DNA of 48,507 nt from a virus (lineage: Duplodnaviria > Caudoviricetes). The translations under genes and the position numbers were made by a program. Positions 46,909 through 48,507 of the stretch are shown in pieces. The notes below the pieces were generated by a model. That model saw nothing but the letters and a program-made list of their open reading frames with translations, was not told the origin of the DNA and did no database searches. The DNA is taken from IMG/VR virus record IMGVR_UViG_3300034073_003137, positions 1 through 48,507 of that record, one strand, 5' to 3'. Numbering within the stretch: the stretch's first letter is position 1; every line of letters begins with the position of its first letter.

Positions 46909-47586
46909 TTATACCCCACACAGTTGACGTTGAACAGAACCACTTGCCTGCCGATGAAGTGACACACCAGCACCGACATTTGCACCCACAGCAGCACCAG
47001 CACCACTCGCACCATTCATTCTCTTGGCACGACCAAACCGCATCGTAGACAGTTTCTTATCCACTGCCTCTGCATCATCGTGAGTGCGACCTTCCTCTTT
47101 CTTCATTTCAGCAAGTCGCATTGCAACTTTATCTGCAAATGCCTTGCGGAAATTAAGTTTGAAAGAACGGGAAACAGTAGCACCAGTCAGTTCGGCAAGA
47201 ACTTTCTCTGCTTTATGAGCAGTTTCTGCCTCACGTTCCATCACTTGACACAGATAGTCAAAATAGAGTTTGACTTGGATTTGCTGACCCTCACTACCGA
47301 TCACTTGAAGTGATTTATGATCTACCTTGTTGGAAAGGTATGCTTTTGCATCATAGAAGTTTGCGACAGCATTGAGCAGAATGGAAAGAGCAGCATTGGT
47401 TTTCTTGAAGATCATAAACGACTCATCAAGAACTTGAGTTTCAGTTGCTTCACTGATCGAAACTCCGTATTGCTTACAGAGTTTATCAATCATCGCAGCA
47501 GCAGCAGATGCTTCACCCTCAAAGTCAGTTCCATTCTGGAGTTTCAGAATGGATTTGATTTTGGCAATAACTTGTTGACGATCCAT
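46909..47586 (-). CDS. DUF2786-like protein (225 aa)
   Basis: N-terminus MDRQQVIAKIKSILKL...EGEASAAAAMIDKLCKQYGV; ATG at 47586, downstream of the promoter -10. Confidence 0.75.
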   Translation of the reverse strand: MDRQQVIAKIKSILKLQNGTDFEGEASAAAAMIDKLCKQYGVSISEATETQVLDESFMIFKKTNAALSILLNAVANFYDAKAYLSNKVDHKSLQVIGSEGQQIQVKLYFDYLCQVMEREAETAHKAEKVLAELTGATVSRSFKLNFRKAFADKVAMRLAEMKKEEGRTHDDAEAVDKKLSTMRFGRAKRMNGASGAGAAVGANVGAGVSLHRQASGSVQRQLCGV

Positions 47587-47610
47587 CGTGTCGGTTGCTT
47601 GTGTCTCTGT

Positions 47611-47669
47611 ATTATAGGGCATCCGGTGCCCCGGTGCGAGGTGTAGTGGACAGTGCTACAAGTGGCACA
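47611..47669 (-). promoter_or_regulatory. early-type promoter with imperfect palindrome TGTGCCACTTGTAGCACTGTCCAC and -10 TATAAT
   Basis: Motif 47646-47669; ATTATA 47611-47616 on the plus strand. Confidence 0.7.
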
Positions 47670-47686
47670 GTCTCACATTGGTCTCA

Positions 47687-48088
47687 TCAAAGTTGTGCTT
47701 CAATCAAATCAGCAATTTGTTTGAATGTTGAACCATTATCATTCAATTCAGCAATTGCGACATTGATCCAAAATTGATCTTCATCTCCATTTTCATCTTC
47801 ATCTTCAACTTTAATGGTAGGAGAACTAGAGTAAAGTCCTGCCCATTGCCTCACCGATGATGGAAGAAGTTCACTTTCTCCGTCAAAATACCAATAATCT
47901 TGAGGCAGAGGATTTTCATCATACTCTCCCTTAAACACCCAACCTTTATTAAAGGGTTCTTGTGCGTAAAGATCGCAAAGAACACCTAGACAACAGAAAC
48001 CATCATTACTCCGCAGTCTTCCGGTTGCTTGCTGATACTCACCAGAACGCAGAGCATCCACCCATTTTTGTTTGATTTCGGTATTCAT
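47687..48088 (-). CDS. conserved phage hypothetical protein (133 aa)
   Basis: WVDALRSGEYQQATGRL...FCCLGVLCDL...LNDNGSTFKQIADLIE. Confidence 0.8.
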   Translation of the reverse strand: MNTEIKQKWVDALRSGEYQQATGRLRSNDGFCCLGVLCDLYAQEPFNKGWVFKGEYDENPLPQDYWYFDGESELLPSSVRQWAGLYSSSPTIKVEDEDENGDEDQFWINVAIAELNDNGSTFKQIADLIEAQL

Positions 48089-48129
48089 TTGAATAATAAA
48101 ATAGAATTGAAGTTGTAAGAGTTGTTTGT

Positions 48130-48252
48130 TTAGACTACAAACTCCTCAAGAAAATAATCTACTGTGATTTCCATTTCCTCACAGATTTTCTCTACACACT
48201 CACCAGTGAGTTGTTCGTACCAGTAGCAAAAGATGATTTGTTCTTCGGTCAT
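48130..48252 (-). CDS. small acidic protein (40 aa); absent from the ORF track
   Basis: MTEEQIIFCYWYEQLTGECVEKICEEMEITVDYFLEEFVV. Confidence 0.6.
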   Translation of the reverse strand: MTEEQIIFCYWYEQLTGECVEKICEEMEITVDYFLEEFVV

Positions 48253-48259
48253 AGTTAAA

Positions 48260-48427
48260 TCAAGCAAAAACTCGGGAGATCAGCACACCTTCTCGATACA
48301 CATTGACAGGAGCACCATTGAGTTCAGCACTCCAATCCCAGGCAGAATCATAAGCACGTTCTTCATCCATAAAGTATTCAGCATCATCCAGAATGAAACC
48401 TTCGGTTTGAGGAAGAATTGCGAACAT
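48260..48427 (-). CDS. hypothetical protein (55 aa, MFAILPQTEGF...)
   Basis: ATG at 48427 after a pyrimidine-rich leader; AYDSAWDWSAE. Confidence 0.65.
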   Translation of the reverse strand: MFAILPQTEGFILDDAEYFMDEERAYDSAWDWSAELNGAPVNVYREGVLISRVFA

Positions 48428-48455
48428 TGGATTAAAGAAAATAGTTGGAAATAAA

Positions 48456-48476
48456 GAGGGAGAATGTATCTCCCTC
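48456..48476. other. intergenic hairpin GAGGGAGA-ATGTA-TCTCCCTC (terminator or processing stem)
   Basis: Perfect 8-bp stem, followed on the minus strand by TTTATTT. Confidence 0.5.
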
Positions 48477-48507
48477 AATTAGAATCAGAGGGCAGCAAGG
48501 TATGCTT

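Noticed and set aside
40080-48454. Plus-strand ORFs in the right-hand region other than the endonuclease (e.g. 45758..46306, 47317..47646, 41002..41274), and the alternative ORF 40080..40292
   Set aside because: They overlap better-supported minus-strand genes that tile the region and have promoters
39303-48478. Extended N-termini given by the ORF track for several genes (39365, 41179, 44686, 45129, 45370, 46348, 46921, 47622, 48478)
   Set aside because: The extensions run through promoters, hairpins or neighbouring genes; downstream ATGs fit better

Overview
A 48.5-kb segment of a T4-like myophage genome. The protein families and gene order suggest a cyanophage (Kyanoviridae-like, probably freshwater); the host is inferred, not proven. 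Positions 1-41.3 kb hold the minus-strand virion module, read right to left: a glycosyltransferase-like gene and small ORFs, g25, g6, a g7-like gene in two ORFs, g8, a 2522-aa VrlC/DUF4815-like protein, g13-g16, a modular putative internal head protein, g17-g20, four small or unknown ORFs, g21 and the start of g22. Many of these genes have (A/C/T)TAAATA late-promoter boxes. Positions ~41.3-42.97 kb are an almost non-coding control region. It contains G/T tracts, a chain of long inverted repeats, a six-unit array with a 70-72 bp period (TA-YACGA-N12-CACGAAT), five sigma70-type promoters facing both ways and two adjacent c(GAA)g mini-hairpins. Next is the only credible plus-strand gene, a GIY-YIG/NUMOD1 endonuclease. 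Positions 44-48.5 kb are a minus-strand cluster of small early-type genes, with three promoters carrying a GTGCCAC palindrome. The two most notable signals are a dnaX-type -1 frameshift cassette (A_AAA_AAG plus hairpin at 9660-9689) that would fuse the 540-aa protein to the next ORF, and the 71-bp array locus beside the endonuclease. All calls come from manual reading; no searches were run.
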